This document shows, in pieces, positions 19,195 through 29,829 of a stretch of 64,000 nucleotides of DNA. Where the stretch lies: the IMG/VR virus record IMGVR_UViG_3300017971_000001, positions 124,001 to 188,000 of that record, one strand, 5' to 3'. The notes below the pieces were generated by a model. It saw only the letters and a list, made by a program, of their open reading frames with translations. It ran no database searches and had not been told where the DNA came from. Position 1 is the first letter of the stretch; every line of letters starts with the position of its first letter. A program made the translations under genes and the position numbers.

Positions 19195-19400
19195 GTTTCC
19201 CGCTCCATTGCGTCCTTCATGATCTCCTCGAACTCAACGAGGGCTCTCTCCTTCCATTCTATCTCCTTTCGCAGGCGCTCCTCTTCCATTCGGAGGTCAA
19301 GGAGTCTCCGCTGAGCACGGCCCGCCCCCCCTCCAGGAGATCCAGACGAAGATCGGTAGCAAGATCAGTGAGATCGGACCGAAGACTTCAATGAACACGG

Positions 19401-22400
19401 CTAGATCCGCTCCTCTTCGTCCCACTCGAGCGAATCAAGCAGGCTCTCTTTCTCGCGCAACGTGTCGAGAACCAGCTTGTCGACAACGTGCTTCGCGACG
19501 AAGCGCACAATCAAGATCGAGTCGTGCCCCTCGGCGCCAATGCGGATCAGGCGACTCTCGGCCTGCTGGTTCTTGGCGGGGTTCCAGCTGAGATCGATAA
19601 AGCCGGCGACCTTGGCGCGGGTGAGCGTGATCCCCTCACCGCCGGCACCGATCGAGACCGCGAGCCCGCGCTCGATCTCGCCGGACTGGAAGGCCTCAAC
19701 GATCTTCTGCCGCTTCTTGGCGGCGACGCCGCCGTGGAACACGTCCCAACCCGGCCGCCCGTCGAGGTAGCTCTCGCCTGCGAGCTTCTTGAGGATCGAG
19801 ACGTGCTGGGAGAAGAGGACGACCGGCTCGTTCTCCTCCTCGCACTCTTCGATCCAGGCCTTGACCGCGGCGAACTTCGCCTGACTCAGCATGGACCGAA
19901 TTCGGCTGAGCTCGTCGATTGTCGGCATTTGCGTGCGGCTGAGCAGGGCCTCCTGCACGGCCTCGAGGATCTCTTCGTCCTTGTTCCAGGGCCGCTCCTG
20001 GAAGTAGTACTCGACCCGCTCGTCGTAGATCAGACGGCGGCGATCGCGCTCGTCCGGGCTGAGGTGGGGCTCGAAGGGGCTGAGGATCTTATGGGGGCCA
20101 CTGTCTGCGGTGACGTCCTGCCACGACCGCTTGACCGCGAGCATGTGGTGGACAGCCTCTTCGACCTCCCGGCGCGTCTTGTCATTGATCTCGACCTCAA
20201 TGATCTTCTCGACACGCGGAGGCAGCTGCGAGAGGACGTCCTTGCGGCGACGGTTGATCTGCACTCGGCGCAGACGAGCGTGAAGCTCGTCACGAAGTTC
20301 GGCCGTCGGAGGCCGGCGACTCCCCTTCGGGTTCTCATACCAGTGCCGGAAGATTCGGAAGTAGTTGTCCCAGCTGCCGAATGCCGCCCGCTCGAGCCCG
20401 AGCGACTTCAGCACCTCCCAGAACTCGCTCGGCTTGCCCTCGCACGGCGTGCCCGAGAGCCCGTAGACGAAGCCGTTCATGGCCCAGACGCGATCGCGCA
20501 TGGCGCGCCAGCGCTGCGTGCGGAAACTGCTCGGGTTCTTGAACGCGTGGCATTCGTCAGCCAGCAGAACCATGGGCCCGGTGATCTCGGGGTAAGGGTT
20601 GGCCTGGTGGCAGGTGCGATCGATCGGCTCGCCGTGCTTGTCGTGCCCGCAGATCTTGACGGGGTCCGGATCGTCCACCCACTCTTCGTACTTTCCGCCG
20701 TAGTGATACGGGATCACGCGACGGCGCCCGTCGACGACGAGCTCGAACGTGCGCGGGTGCTGAAAGTCTATGTGCGTGTGCTCGCAGCGCGGCAGGATCA
20801 GATTCCCAATCCGGCGCTCTTTGCGCAGATACCTCAGCAGACCGCGGAGGCGCTTGCAGCCCTTGCAGGGCTCGCCCGGCAAGACGCCGAACGAAGCAAG
20901 CAGGACGTCGCCCGGGGAAAGCGCCTTGAACTTCAAGGCGTAGTTCTTCATGGACGTCGCCATTTTCGGGCGAAGGTCCGGGCGCCACTTCTTGATTTCC
21001 TTCTGCCAGTTGTAGCGGACCGAGCTCGGGCTGAAGACGAGGTTCGGCATGTCGCTGCGCAGGGCGCCGAAACTCGAGATCACGGTGTTGTGGCAGAGGA
21101 TCCCCTCGGCCACATAGTTGTGATCCCTCTCGATCTCGAGATCGTAGACCCAGTCGTCGTAGTCGACCTCTTCGACCGAGACGACGGTGGCGTAGTGGAC
21201 CTCCTGCTCGATCAACCGCCAGGCCCGGTCGCGCGTGACCCGAAGGTCGTCATAGTCAAGTCGACGGAGTGCCTCGTCGATCCTCTCGCGGCGATACTTC
21301 CCGGCGAGATACTCCTCGGCAGCCTGGCCACTCAGCATGTTGTCCATGGCTTCAACGACAACCGCAAGCGACTCGCGCGAAAACTCCTGCTTGCCCTTGA
21401 GGTAAACCGTCGAGAGCTTGTATTTCGGATCCAAGTGCCACCATGAGGCAGGGAGTCCCGCGCGATCGAAGGCGGCCCTTATCAGATCAGAGGCCGGGAG
21501 GCCTTCGGTGTTGCTGTTGACCTTCTTCGCGCAGGCCCTCTCCAACTGCTCAGTCTTGTAGCCAACGGAGAACCCAACCTCGTCTCGATATCGACGAAGA
21601 CTCGCTCCGCTGATCGTTCCTACCCAGTAGTCACGGTAGGGGCAGTTGGGGCTATTCGTTGCGCGGGCTCGCTTGCTGCGAACTCGCACCCAGATACCAA
21701 AGCGACGGAAGAGGTGGACGAGCTCCTTGACGAGCAGCTGACTCGCGCTCGAGAACTCAACAATGCTCCCCCTCTTGGGGCAGGATCCCTCCGCGTCCAT
21801 GTAGGCGCGCAGGAAGGTTCGAACGACCTCTGCATTTCCCTGCATGACCGGGAGCGGAACGCGGCGATCACGGGAGCGTGTGCCCCAGGGGTAGTCGAAG
21901 CGCAGCATGAATTCACGTAGGCCTGGATCAGAAACCAGGTCAAAAGCCAAGTGAGTGGCACGCGGCTCGTTAATAGACGGCTCGAATCCAAGGCGGGCAA
22001 GAATGCCGGCCAGTCGTTCGCAAACCATTCGATCTTTCTGGGTAAAGACCGAGCGACCGGACTCCTCGCGCCCGTCGCCAATCAACCACCCCATGAGCTC
22101 TGCGAGCTCAAGGTCTAGATCGCCGCTCTCATGCAAGAGTCGGGCGGGAACGCAAATCCGGTCGCCAGGCCTGATCTCGTTCGTCCACACCTCAGGCCCG
22201 CGTAGCTTATGGGCCTTAGTGATCGTCGTCTCGCTGCCGTCATTCAGACGGACGCGGACGAGCTTCTCCCTGACCCTCTGGCGGTAGAGGCGCTTGACCG
22301 GGCGGCGAACGATCCTGCCCGTCGCGTCGTCGATCGAGTTGACGAAGAGAGGCTCGGTCGGTTCAGACCAATAACCCTCTCCGTCGAATTCAATGTTAGG

Positions 22401-22778
22401 ACTCGCGTATTCATTCCAGGTGAATTCTGCAGTCTGAAGCTCGCCGTTGATTTGAGCTAAGTCCTTATATGATCGACACTTGCCGCAGCCCATTTGATGC
22501 CCGACCAGTAATGCACGCGTATTGCTAATCCTGCGCGCGTCGGTCTCCTGGAACCCCATGAGCGAGAGGCCGAGGTCAGGCAACTCCCTGAGCCGGCGAT
22601 CAAAGCCGTTGTCGGTGATCCCGTCGACCATGACGCACAAGGCGCAGCACAGCCGTAGCGGCGCCTGGACGAACTCGCCCTCGCCGGGATTAAGCGCCAC
22701 GCCGCAGCGATAGCAGGTGCCCAGGTGCCGGTTGGGAAAGGGCTTGATTCGCTGGTGCAGTCGCTTCTTCTTGGCCAT
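19401..22778 (-). CDS. SNF2-family helicase, intein-containing
   Basis: MGCGK|T Walker A, DECH, SGTP, GEGITLT, WNP...QAESRLIRIG. Confidence 0.92.
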   Translation of the reverse strand: MAKKKRLHQRIKPFPNRHLGTCYRCGVALNPGEGEFVQAPLRLCCALCVMVDGITDNGFDRRLRELPDLGLSLMGFQETDARRISNTRALLVGHQMGCGKCRSYKDLAQINGELQTAEFTWNEYASPNIEFDGEGYWSEPTEPLFVNSIDDATGRIVRRPVKRLYRQRVREKLVRVRLNDGSETTITKAHKLRGPEVWTNEIRPGDRICVPARLLHESGDLDLELAELMGWLIGDGREESGRSVFTQKDRMVCERLAGILARLGFEPSINEPRATHLAFDLVSDPGLREFMLRFDYPWGTRSRDRRVPLPVMQGNAEVVRTFLRAYMDAEGSCPKRGSIVEFSSASQLLVKELVHLFRRFGIWVRVRSKRARATNSPNCPYRDYWVGTISGASLRRYRDEVGFSVGYKTEQLERACAKKVNSNTEGLPASDLIRAAFDRAGLPASWWHLDPKYKLSTVYLKGKQEFSRESLAVVVEAMDNMLSGQAAEEYLAGKYRRERIDEALRRLDYDDLRVTRDRAWRLIEQEVHYATVVSVEEVDYDDWVYDLEIERDHNYVAEGILCHNTVISSFGALRSDMPNLVFSPSSVRYNWQKEIKKWRPDLRPKMATSMKNYALKFKALSPGDVLLASFGVLPGEPCKGCKRLRGLLRYLRKERRIGNLILPRCEHTHIDFQHPRTFELVVDGRRRVIPYHYGGKYEEWVDDPDPVKICGHDKHGEPIDRTCHQANPYPEITGPMVLLADECHAFKNPSSFRTQRWRAMRDRVWAMNGFVYGLSGTPCEGKPSEFWEVLKSLGLERAAFGSWDNYFRIFRHWYENPKGSRRPPTAELRDELHARLRRVQINRRRKDVLSQLPPRVEKIIEVEINDKTRREVEEAVHHMLAVKRSWQDVTADSGPHKILSPFEPHLSPDERDRRRLIYDERVEYYFQERPWNKDEEILEAVQEALLSRTQMPTIDELSRIRSMLSQAKFAAVKAWIEECEEENEPVVLFSQHVSILKKLAGESYLDGRPGWDVFHGGVAAKKRQKIVEAFQSGEIERGLAVSIGAGGEGITLTRAKVAGFIDLSWNPAKNQQAESRLIRIGAEGHDSILIVRFVAKHVVDKLVLDTLREKESLLDSLEWDEEERI
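21087..22478 (-). mobile_element. Intein with LAGLIDADG homing endonuclease (464 aa) in the SNF2 Walker A
   Basis: K|CRSY...ILCHN|T junctions; TITKAHKL block B; LMGWLIGDG and FLRAYMDAEG. Confidence 0.93.
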
Positions 22779-22831
22779 TTGGGCCAAGATACGAACGCCC
22801 TACGACGTCTAGCGGGCCAGAAGGCGCTCGA

Positions 22832-23014
22832 TCACAAGCGGTTGGGAAGGCGGTTGCGCCGGGCCGTGCAACCCACGTAGCTAAGGCTCAAACCTCGAGC
22901 CCTGGACGTCCAGCGCAGGCCGAGTCCCCATAGACCGAGCTCGGAGAACCCGGCTTCCACCAGCAATCCGTAGCCGCACTCATACGACAAACGAAGGCGT
23001 CGGCGCCGCCTCAA
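22832..23014 (-). CDS. Arg/Gly-rich small peptide
   Basis: TTG start overlapping the upstream TGA; MRRRRRLRLSYECGYG. Confidence 0.45.
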   Translation of the reverse strand: MRRRRRLRLSYECGYGLLVEAGFSELGLWGLGLRWTSRARGLSLSYVGCTARRNRLPNRL

Positions 23015-23250
23015 CGAAACAGCCCTTTCCCGAAGCTGCGAGAAGGACCCTCTCCCATGCCCCGGCCGGTGGCCCGGCGGTCGAGGGGCTGCGACCCGGA
23101 TCGAGAGAACCCATACCCCCTGCCGCCGCAGCCAATGCCCATGCTCCCGCAGCCAATGCCCATGCTCCCGTAGAGAGCAGGGCCGCCTAAGCCGATCGCC
23201 CGAAAGCCGCCGCGGTTGTAAGCGGCCCTCCTTTTCCGCTTGCGCCTCAT
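23011..23250 (-). CDS. Arg/Gly-rich small peptide
   Basis: ATGA overlap; MRRKRKRR...GSMGIGCGSMGIGCG. Confidence 0.5.
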   Translation of the reverse strand: MRRKRKRRAAYNRGGFRAIGLGGPALYGSMGIGCGSMGIGCGGRGYGFSRSGSQPLDRRATGRGMGEGPSRSFGKGLFR

Positions 23251-24099
23251 TTCTTCCAGGCGTGGCACGGACAGCGACACGGCCCTTGGAGGAACCGGTT
23301 CTCGCCCCACTGAGAGTTCGAGCACTCGTGGGCCCTTCCGGACGTCGTCGTGCAGCGGAGCAGCGATCCGTCCTGAACTTCGCAGCGAGTGTAGTCGTCG
23401 TCCAGCACCTGAGGCTGATCGTCCTGAAGCTCTTCACCGGACACGCAGCGCCTCCTTGATCTCCGCGAGCTCGCGGCGATAGATCTCGTTCAATAACTGC
23501 TGGCCCTGCCAGCCAGGCCATGCCGCCTTGCAGCCCTGGCAGCGCACATGAAACACGGTCGGCGTCGTCGACTCGATCTTCAGCCAGGCGAGGTAGTGCG
23601 TGCATTCCCCCGCTATCCTCTGCGCGGGCCTCTTGGCTGGCGGCGGGACCGATCTCCCGCCAAGGGACTTCCAGATCGACTCGATCTCGTTACGGAGGCC
23701 TTCATTGACCTGGGCTTGGGCAGACCACGACCCAGACTGCTTCCCGCAAGCCCGGCAGCGAAACGCGAAGGTCGAAGGCGTGCTGCGGAACTCGAGCTCG
23801 AGCAAAGGGCAGCCGTCAGCTTCGCAGTCCTGGGTCAAGACCTTCTCCGATCGATCACACTCTGCAGGCGAGATCGCTTGGCCCTCAAGTCTTCGTAGAC
23901 CTTCCAAGCCGCTTGGTTCGCCTCGGGAATCCCAAGGTCGCCGACGAGCTCCATGCGTTCAATCCCTGAAGCGACGACCTGAACCAATCCGGCGACCTCG
24001 TACGTGCTCATTCCCTCCGTGTACTCATTGATATCGAGAACGAACCAAGCGTCCTCAAGGCGCTCGAGGTCTTCGCCTACAGCGATCGCGCGCAGGTCG

Positions 24100-24900
24100 T
24101 CACGCGTCAGCAACGGACGCCTCCTCCCAGCGGGCTCGAGCCGTGGCCGCGGTATCCGGGTCCACCTCGATTCCGTAAGCGCTCGCGCCCATGCGCTTAG
24201 CGACGCAGGCGACCGTTCCCCCTCCCAAGAAGGGGTCGCAGACCACGCTCCCGGCCATGACCCCGCTGACCTTGAGGCAGCGCTCGGCGAGCTCCTCAGG
24301 AAACTCGTAGGCCTTCTTGTGCCCTGACGTGTACTTCTTGGTCTTGGCGCCAGTGGTCTTGTAAGGAATGAACCACACGTCTCCGGCGCAATGAAGGTCA
24401 CCGTTCTTCCCTCGAGTCCCTCGCTTGAGGTTGCTCTTGTCGGCGAACGGAACGCCGACAGCGAGTCGATCGAGTGACTCGGGCGGCTTGAACCAGGTCC
24501 AGACGAACTCCCAGCCGTAGTTCAGCGTCGGGGAGCGGGGGTGGATCGGCGTGTAGTGGCCGCGGGTCTTGCCGTCGATTGCGAGCGACTTGACCCATAT
24601 GATCGTCTGGCCCGTCTTCAGCCGAGGGGCCTCGCGCTCGATTTCCTCGCGAGCGTCGTAGGGCTTGGAGAATCCCTCGGTTCGCAGCTGGGCAAAGTTG
24701 ACGAACAGGCGACCGCCAGGGCGAAGGACGCGACTCGAGAACCTGCCCAACGCGGCGCAGAGCTCGAGGGTTAGTCCGTCGCGCCTCTTGTAAGGGGGCG
24801 AGGTGACGATCGCGTCAACCGATTCGTCGGGAACGTAATCGCTGTCGTCGTAGATCCCGCGCAGATCGGCCCCACCGATCTTGAGCCAAGGCTTTTCCAT
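24100..24900 (-). CDS. N4-cytosine/N6-adenine DNA methyltransferase (beta class)
   Basis: TSPPY precedes FPEELA and DPFLGGGT. Confidence 0.9.
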   Translation of the reverse strand: MEKPWLKIGGADLRGIYDDSDYVPDESVDAIVTSPPYKRRDGLTLELCAALGRFSSRVLRPGGRLFVNFAQLRTEGFSKPYDAREEIEREAPRLKTGQTIIWVKSLAIDGKTRGHYTPIHPRSPTLNYGWEFVWTWFKPPESLDRLAVGVPFADKSNLKRGTRGKNGDLHCAGDVWFIPYKTTGAKTKKYTSGHKKAYEFPEELAERCLKVSGVMAGSVVCDPFLGGGTVACVAKRMGASAYGIEVDPDTAATARARWEEASVADA

Positions 24901-24963
24901 GCGGGGAAATTATCAGGAAGCCCGGACCACTTTCCAAGATTTTCCAGAGGTTCCCTGGAGTAC

Positions 24964-25413
24964 CTAGGAGGGATCTTCTTCCTTTTCAGGCACTTGCGGA
25001 AAATCTCGTCCCTTGGTCCGCTCGCTATCGAAGGCTCGCTCGATTCCCAGGCGATCGCATTCGACCCGGAGCTCGAGCAGCATGGTCGTCCGATCGACTT
25101 GCTCCCCGTAGCTGGCCAGGTCAACCTTGCGGACCCCGCGCAGGCGGCGCCGGCGCGCCTCCTTCAGCATGGCGAGGTAGTGAGGAGAGGTGTGATCAGC
25201 CCACGTCTGCCTGTACACCTGCTGCGCAGCTTGATCGACGTCGTCATACCCTGAGGCCTGGGTCGCCCGAAGCATGTCGAGGGCCTCGGTTGCTCGTTTG
25301 AGGCTGGCGACCCGGATCAGAAGCCTGATCGTATGAACCAGGTGATCGTCGTCCATGTCCTTGATCGAATGCCGGCGGCCGTCCTTACTGGTCCACGTCT
25401 TGGGCAAGCTCAC
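24964..25413 (-). CDS. Phage-type hypothetical protein
   Basis: GTG overlap start; [23 protein letters not shown]. Confidence 0.55.
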   Translation of the reverse strand: MSLPKTWTSKDGRRHSIKDMDDDHLVHTIRLLIRVASLKRATEALDMLRATQASGYDDVDQAAQQVYRQTWADHTSPHYLAMLKEARRRRLRGVRKVDLASYGEQVDRTTMLLELRVECDRLGIERAFDSERTKGRDFPQVPEKEEDPS

Positions 25414-25709
25414 TGGATCCCCCAGCAGCAACGCTTGTACTTCTGACCGCTCCCGCAGAGGCATGGATCGTTGCGGCCAATCTTCGGTCCGCGGCGGCGG
25501 AGCATGTAGACGGGAGCCGTCTTCTCTGGGCCGCGGACGCCGTTGACGCCGTCTTCGAGGTCTTCGTCCTCGTCCTCGTCCAACTCGTCAAGCTCGGCTT
25601 CGGTGTAGATCGGCTTCACGCCGACCTGGACGAGCTCAGCCTCCGTGCTCTTGATCTTGTGGCGGTTCGCCGCCTTGCGAAGAAGCGCTCGCCTTCGCTC
25701 TCTGCTCAT
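25410..25709 (-). CDS. SEC-C motif protein
   Basis: [20 protein letters not shown]. Confidence 0.85.
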   Translation of the reverse strand: MSRERRRALLRKAANRHKIKSTEAELVQVGVKPIYTEAELDELDEDEDEDLEDGVNGVRGPEKTAPVYMLRRRGPKIGRNDPCLCGSGQKYKRCCWGIQ

Positions 25710-26731
25710 GGTAATCCTCTTGAAACCGAATCTTCTCCACGTCGATCTTGAACGGGAGATCCAGGTCTGCAAGGCGAGTAAACAGAGAATCGGCGCAGCG
25801 TAGCTCCCGGCGAGAGAGCAGCGGCTTGATCCGACGCTGGTATCTCGCCCAGGCCGACGACCAGTCCGTAACCTCCGCGAGCCAGCCAACCACGAAGTGA
25901 TCGCTGATCCCCAGCAGGCTGAACACGATCGCGTCGAGCGTCGAGGTCACCGCCTCCTCTCGGTTGGAGTAAGCGTCCGTAACGACACGCTTGTTGCGCC
26001 ACCTCGGATCGAGCACCCCTTCCCACTTCTGAGCCTGAGCGAGCTCGAACATGTACGGAGCGGCGCCGAGGCCGAACTCGGGCAACTTCCTTCGACTCGG
26101 GGGAGTCACCCTCCAGTGGTTCACGTCATGCGCGAGGTGGAGGCTCCAGTCAAAATGACTGGCGCCGGGAGGCGCGTCCAGCGAGACCGACTTCCCGTCC
26201 CAGCGATACGGGATCGAGCGGAAGCGCCGGCGCGGGATCCCGGACCTGCGAACGTAGGCCAGCACCCGACGCCTGAGGAGGAGGTCCTGCCGCCTCCTCC
26301 TCAGCAGGCGGCAATGCGCGGCCCAGATCGCCTCCGCTCGAATCTCTTGGATCTTCTCTTCGCGAGACTTCACGCCTAGATCAACTCCTCCAGGAGATTG
26401 GGGTCGATCTCGACCTGGACGTCCAGATCCGCCTCCTCCCAGCACCCGACGAGATCGTCCACGACGACGCCGGACTCGGGGTGGAGGCGCCAGCCCTCGC
26501 CGTCGCTCAGGACGAGGTCCGTCTCAGCGGGTTCGGACTCGGTGTAGTCGAAGTCGTGGTACTCCCCCTCGTGGTAGCGGTGGATCGCGTGCTCAGGCGA
26601 GTAGGCCTCGACCTCGACCCGAATCACCCCTTCGAGCTCGAACTCCGCACAGTCAAAGAGAACGAAGTTTCGGGTCAGGCCGGGAATGAAATCCTGCGCA
26701 GGAAGGGCAGGCACACCCTCAGTCGAAACGG

Positions 26732-27649
26732 TCAATGGAGATCCACCAGTTCGCAGAGAATGGGGCTCTGGGACAAGCGACGCCTCTGCTCCGCCGAAAG
26801 TCCGTTTAAGAAACATTGGCCATGCTCGACCTCGAGCCTGGCGTCCGAGTTGCCGCGTGAGAGGTATCCGACCTCACGGGCATGACCGACGAACTCTTCG
26901 ATCTCGTCCGACCAGTCGTAGAGAACGGCGCGTGGATCTCCTTCGTGGTCCTGAATCAACTGCTCGAGCCGGCTGTGCAGATCCCACGAGCGAATGGCGA
27001 GCGAAGGCGACAGGAGCCCGTCCAAAAGCTCGTCCTCGTCTTCGCGCTCCTGCTCCTCGTCGCCCCGGCCTTCACCGCCGAGGTAATCAAGGACGACCTG
27101 AGGCACCTCGCCCTGCAAGAGCTCGGGCTCGTCGCAGGTCTCACGGCACCAGGCGCAGAAGCGAACGCGTCCGATCCACTCGCAGCCCTGATTGACGAGG
27201 ATCTGGCGCTGGCGACACGTCGGCTCCGCGTGATCGTTGTAGAGGTGAAAAGGCGTGTGAGCGATCCGGCAGAACCCGTCGCTGTGCGAGGGGATCTGGA
27301 AGACGTCCACGTTGTCGCTACCCGCCCAATTCTTCCAGTAGCGAAGGCGGGTTTGCTTCACGCGCTTCACGGCCTTGAAGGGATCGCAGTACTTGACGAC
27401 CGCCTCGCCCGAAGGGTCGGTCGAGATCGATTCGACATATCGAGAGGCAGACGCTCCCCAGGGGTAGGTGCAGAACAGGTCGCCCGGCTGAGGGTCCGTG
27501 CGCGGATTACGCCGGCCACTCTGGATCTTCTGCATGGCCGAGAGCGCCGCGTTCTGCAGGGCGTGCAGTTGGTCGAGACCCAGGCCGAAGTCGCCGAGGC
27601 CCTCGGTCAGGATCACATTGATTGCACGGCGGACGTTGAGATCAGCCAC
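26732..27649 (-). CDS. Hypothetical multi-domain protein
   Basis: 305-aa ORF in the leftward gene run; RRNPRTDPQPGD segment. Confidence 0.55.
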   Translation of the reverse strand: MADLNVRRAINVILTEGLGDFGLGLDQLHALQNAALSAMQKIQSGRRNPRTDPQPGDLFCTYPWGASASRYVESISTDPSGEAVVKYCDPFKAVKRVKQTRLRYWKNWAGSDNVDVFQIPSHSDGFCRIAHTPFHLYNDHAEPTCRQRQILVNQGCEWIGRVRFCAWCRETCDEPELLQGEVPQVVLDYLGGEGRGDEEQEREDEDELLDGLLSPSLAIRSWDLHSRLEQLIQDHEGDPRAVLYDWSDEIEEFVGHAREVGYLSRGNSDARLEVEHGQCFLNGLSAEQRRRLSQSPILCELVDLH

Positions 27650-27886
27650 GGCGCCCGACCTCCTCGCTGAGCTTGAGGTAGCGAGCCATGAGTTGATCGT
27701 GCTGCATGTTGACCCGCGCCTGATCCTCGGGGGTTCCGACGTAGTCGGTGCTCTGGATCGCGCGGATTCCGTCCGCGATCTCCTCCATGCGGCGGCGGAG
27801 ATCCTCGCCGCTCATGGAGGACGGGTCCAGGTTGGTCAAGCTCATGTAGGCAGTCGCTCCGTCGCGGAGCCGCCTCTTCTGCTGAC

Positions 27887-29488
27887 TCACTCCCACTCCT
27901 CCTTATCGAACTGGCCCAACTGGTACATCAGCAGGCGACGAAGTTCGCTCAGGTCACCCGCCGCTTCAGCAGGGACCGCCTTGAACTTCTCCGAGATTCG
28001 ATCTACAAGATCGAGGCAGTCCATGGCATTCGCCCGGGTGTGATTAATTCCAACAGAAATGCACTCTGCGCTAAACGCGTCGCTGAGGTGATCGCTGACC
28101 GTCTCGTGAGCGAACTCGTGGATCAGAAGCCGAAGTACTGGATCTGAGTGGGGGTGCTGCTCGAACCACTTCTTCCCCAACCTGGCGACGTTGAACGTGA
28201 CCCGGTGCGGGCCACTCGAGTAGCACGCCCGGTAGCTGCCCGTGAAGTCGTTGACCAGTTCGGCGTGGACGGGAACGTTGAGCAGCTTGGTGCCCAGGCG
28301 CCCAGTGAAGCGAACGATCCGCTTCATTCCGTCGGTCCACTTCTCCAGCGGGTAACTCACGTCCTCGCCGTCAGCACCGAACTGAACCCGGTGGCTCGGC
28401 GTGACCTTCGACGAGCTCTGGATCAGGCCTTCGTCGCGAGCTCGCGCCCAGACCTCCTTCGGGAGGTCTCGGCTGTAGATCAGCGTGTAGCCAGCGGCAA
28501 CGGCGCGCTTGTTCGCCTCCGGGTCCGCCGGGTTCGCGCTGACGTGCTTCGGTCCGTGCCGCACGCCGAGGAACGCCTTGACCGTCTCGGTCGGCGTGTC
28601 CTTGCGCTTCATGGCGTCGAGGATCCACTGCTCCTGCACCGTGTCTTCGGTCAGGTAGTCGTCGTGCTCGACGATCCAGTCGAGCAGCGCGGCGCGCAGC
28701 AGCTTGAGGATCGAGGGGCGGATCGAGCAGCGCTCGAGGTCCACCGGGAGCCGGGCCTGAACGTCGAGGTGATAGGGCTCATTTCCAGGCAGCGGGACGA
28801 CCGGAAGTCCGAGGCAGTAGAGCGTCGGGTCCTCGCTCTCCTCCAGGTCGTGGACGTTGACCTTCACCTTTCGAGGACGCTCGACGAGCGCCTGGCGCTC
28901 CTCGTCCCAGGCCATGATCTTCAGCCGACGCACCTCGAGTTCCGCCCGAGGCTCACGCGAAGAAATCAGCCTCCCGTTGTGGAACGTGCTGACGCCGGGG
29001 GGAGGGATCAAGGACATGAGCCCGAGCTCGACCTCCGCCTGCTCTTCGCGCGTCATGCGCAGGTTGCCGCGGAAGTAGCTGCCGCGGGGCGTCGTGATCG
29101 TGCGGCGCCGACGCGTGTTGCGCTCCAGGTCGAACTCGATCGTTCCGGTCGTGGAGCCGATCACGGCCCGGCCGGACATGCTGGCGAGCACGAGCTTCTC
29201 GCCCAGGTTGAACATGCCGCGCTTCGCCTCGTCCTCGACCTTGGTCGAGCGGGCGAAGAGCGTGTAAGCGTGGCTGAGGTCCATAAAGCCGCCAGGACTG
29301 TCGTCGCTGACGAAGACCTCGACCAACGGGCTGTTGCTCCGCCGGATCAGGTCAACATGGACTTCGCGGACCCCGTCCGCGTCCCACGCGTTCTGCACGA
29401 GCTCGAGCAGGATCCAGAGTCGACTGGGCCGACGGGCTTGAAGCTCGCGCAGGCCCTTCAGGTCCACTTCGAGGGCAGGCTTGCTCAT
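27887..29488 (-). CDS. GHKL (HATPase_c) ATPase with C-terminal HExxH domain
   Basis: ELVQNAWDA, DDSPGG, GMFNLGEK; LIHEFAH near the C-terminus. Confidence 0.8.
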   Translation of the reverse strand: MSKPALEVDLKGLRELQARRPSRLWILLELVQNAWDADGVREVHVDLIRRSNSPLVEVFVSDDSPGGFMDLSHAYTLFARSTKVEDEAKRGMFNLGEKLVLASMSGRAVIGSTTGTIEFDLERNTRRRRTITTPRGSYFRGNLRMTREEQAEVELGLMSLIPPPGVSTFHNGRLISSREPRAELEVRRLKIMAWDEERQALVERPRKVKVNVHDLEESEDPTLYCLGLPVVPLPGNEPYHLDVQARLPVDLERCSIRPSILKLLRAALLDWIVEHDDYLTEDTVQEQWILDAMKRKDTPTETVKAFLGVRHGPKHVSANPADPEANKRAVAAGYTLIYSRDLPKEVWARARDEGLIQSSSKVTPSHRVQFGADGEDVSYPLEKWTDGMKRIVRFTGRLGTKLLNVPVHAELVNDFTGSYRACYSSGPHRVTFNVARLGKKWFEQHPHSDPVLRLLIHEFAHETVSDHLSDAFSAECISVGINHTRANAMDCLDLVDRISEKFKAVPAEAAGDLSELRRLLMYQLGQFDKEEWE

Positions 29489-29829
29489 TGACCGAGCGCC
29501 CGCTTCAGCCAGCCGTCGATCGCGAGTCCGAACTGCTCGACGCTGGAGAGCATGATCGCGGCAGGCTTGCCGTTCCCCATGGTCATGCAGGACCCGGGCT
29601 CAGGTCCCTGACGGCCCCAGTCGCCCACGCGCACGAGCGGGTCGAACCAGAGGGCAGTTCCGTTGCCCGAAGACTGGACGCTGACCAGCTTGCCGACGTA
29701 GTTCATGCGAGCCCCTTCGATATAGATCTCCTCGCCCATGAAAACGTTGCGCAGCGTGCTCTCGAACGCGTCCGGGGCAGTCGGCTCCCTGCTGGGATCA
29801 AACGAATTACTCTTCGCCATTGGTGTCAC
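29485..29829 (-). CDS. Small protein, possible Sm-like fold
   Basis: GEEIYIEGARMNYVGKLVSV. Confidence 0.45.
   Translation of the reverse strand: MTPMAKSNSFDPSREPTAPDAFESTLRNVFMGEEIYIEGARMNYVGKLVSVQSSGNGTALWFDPLVRVGDWGRQGPEPGSCMTMGNGKPAAIMLSSVEQFGLAIDGWLKRALGQ

Noticed and set aside
25410-25709. secA gene
   Set aside because: Only the short SEC-C motif is present, on a 99-aa protein.
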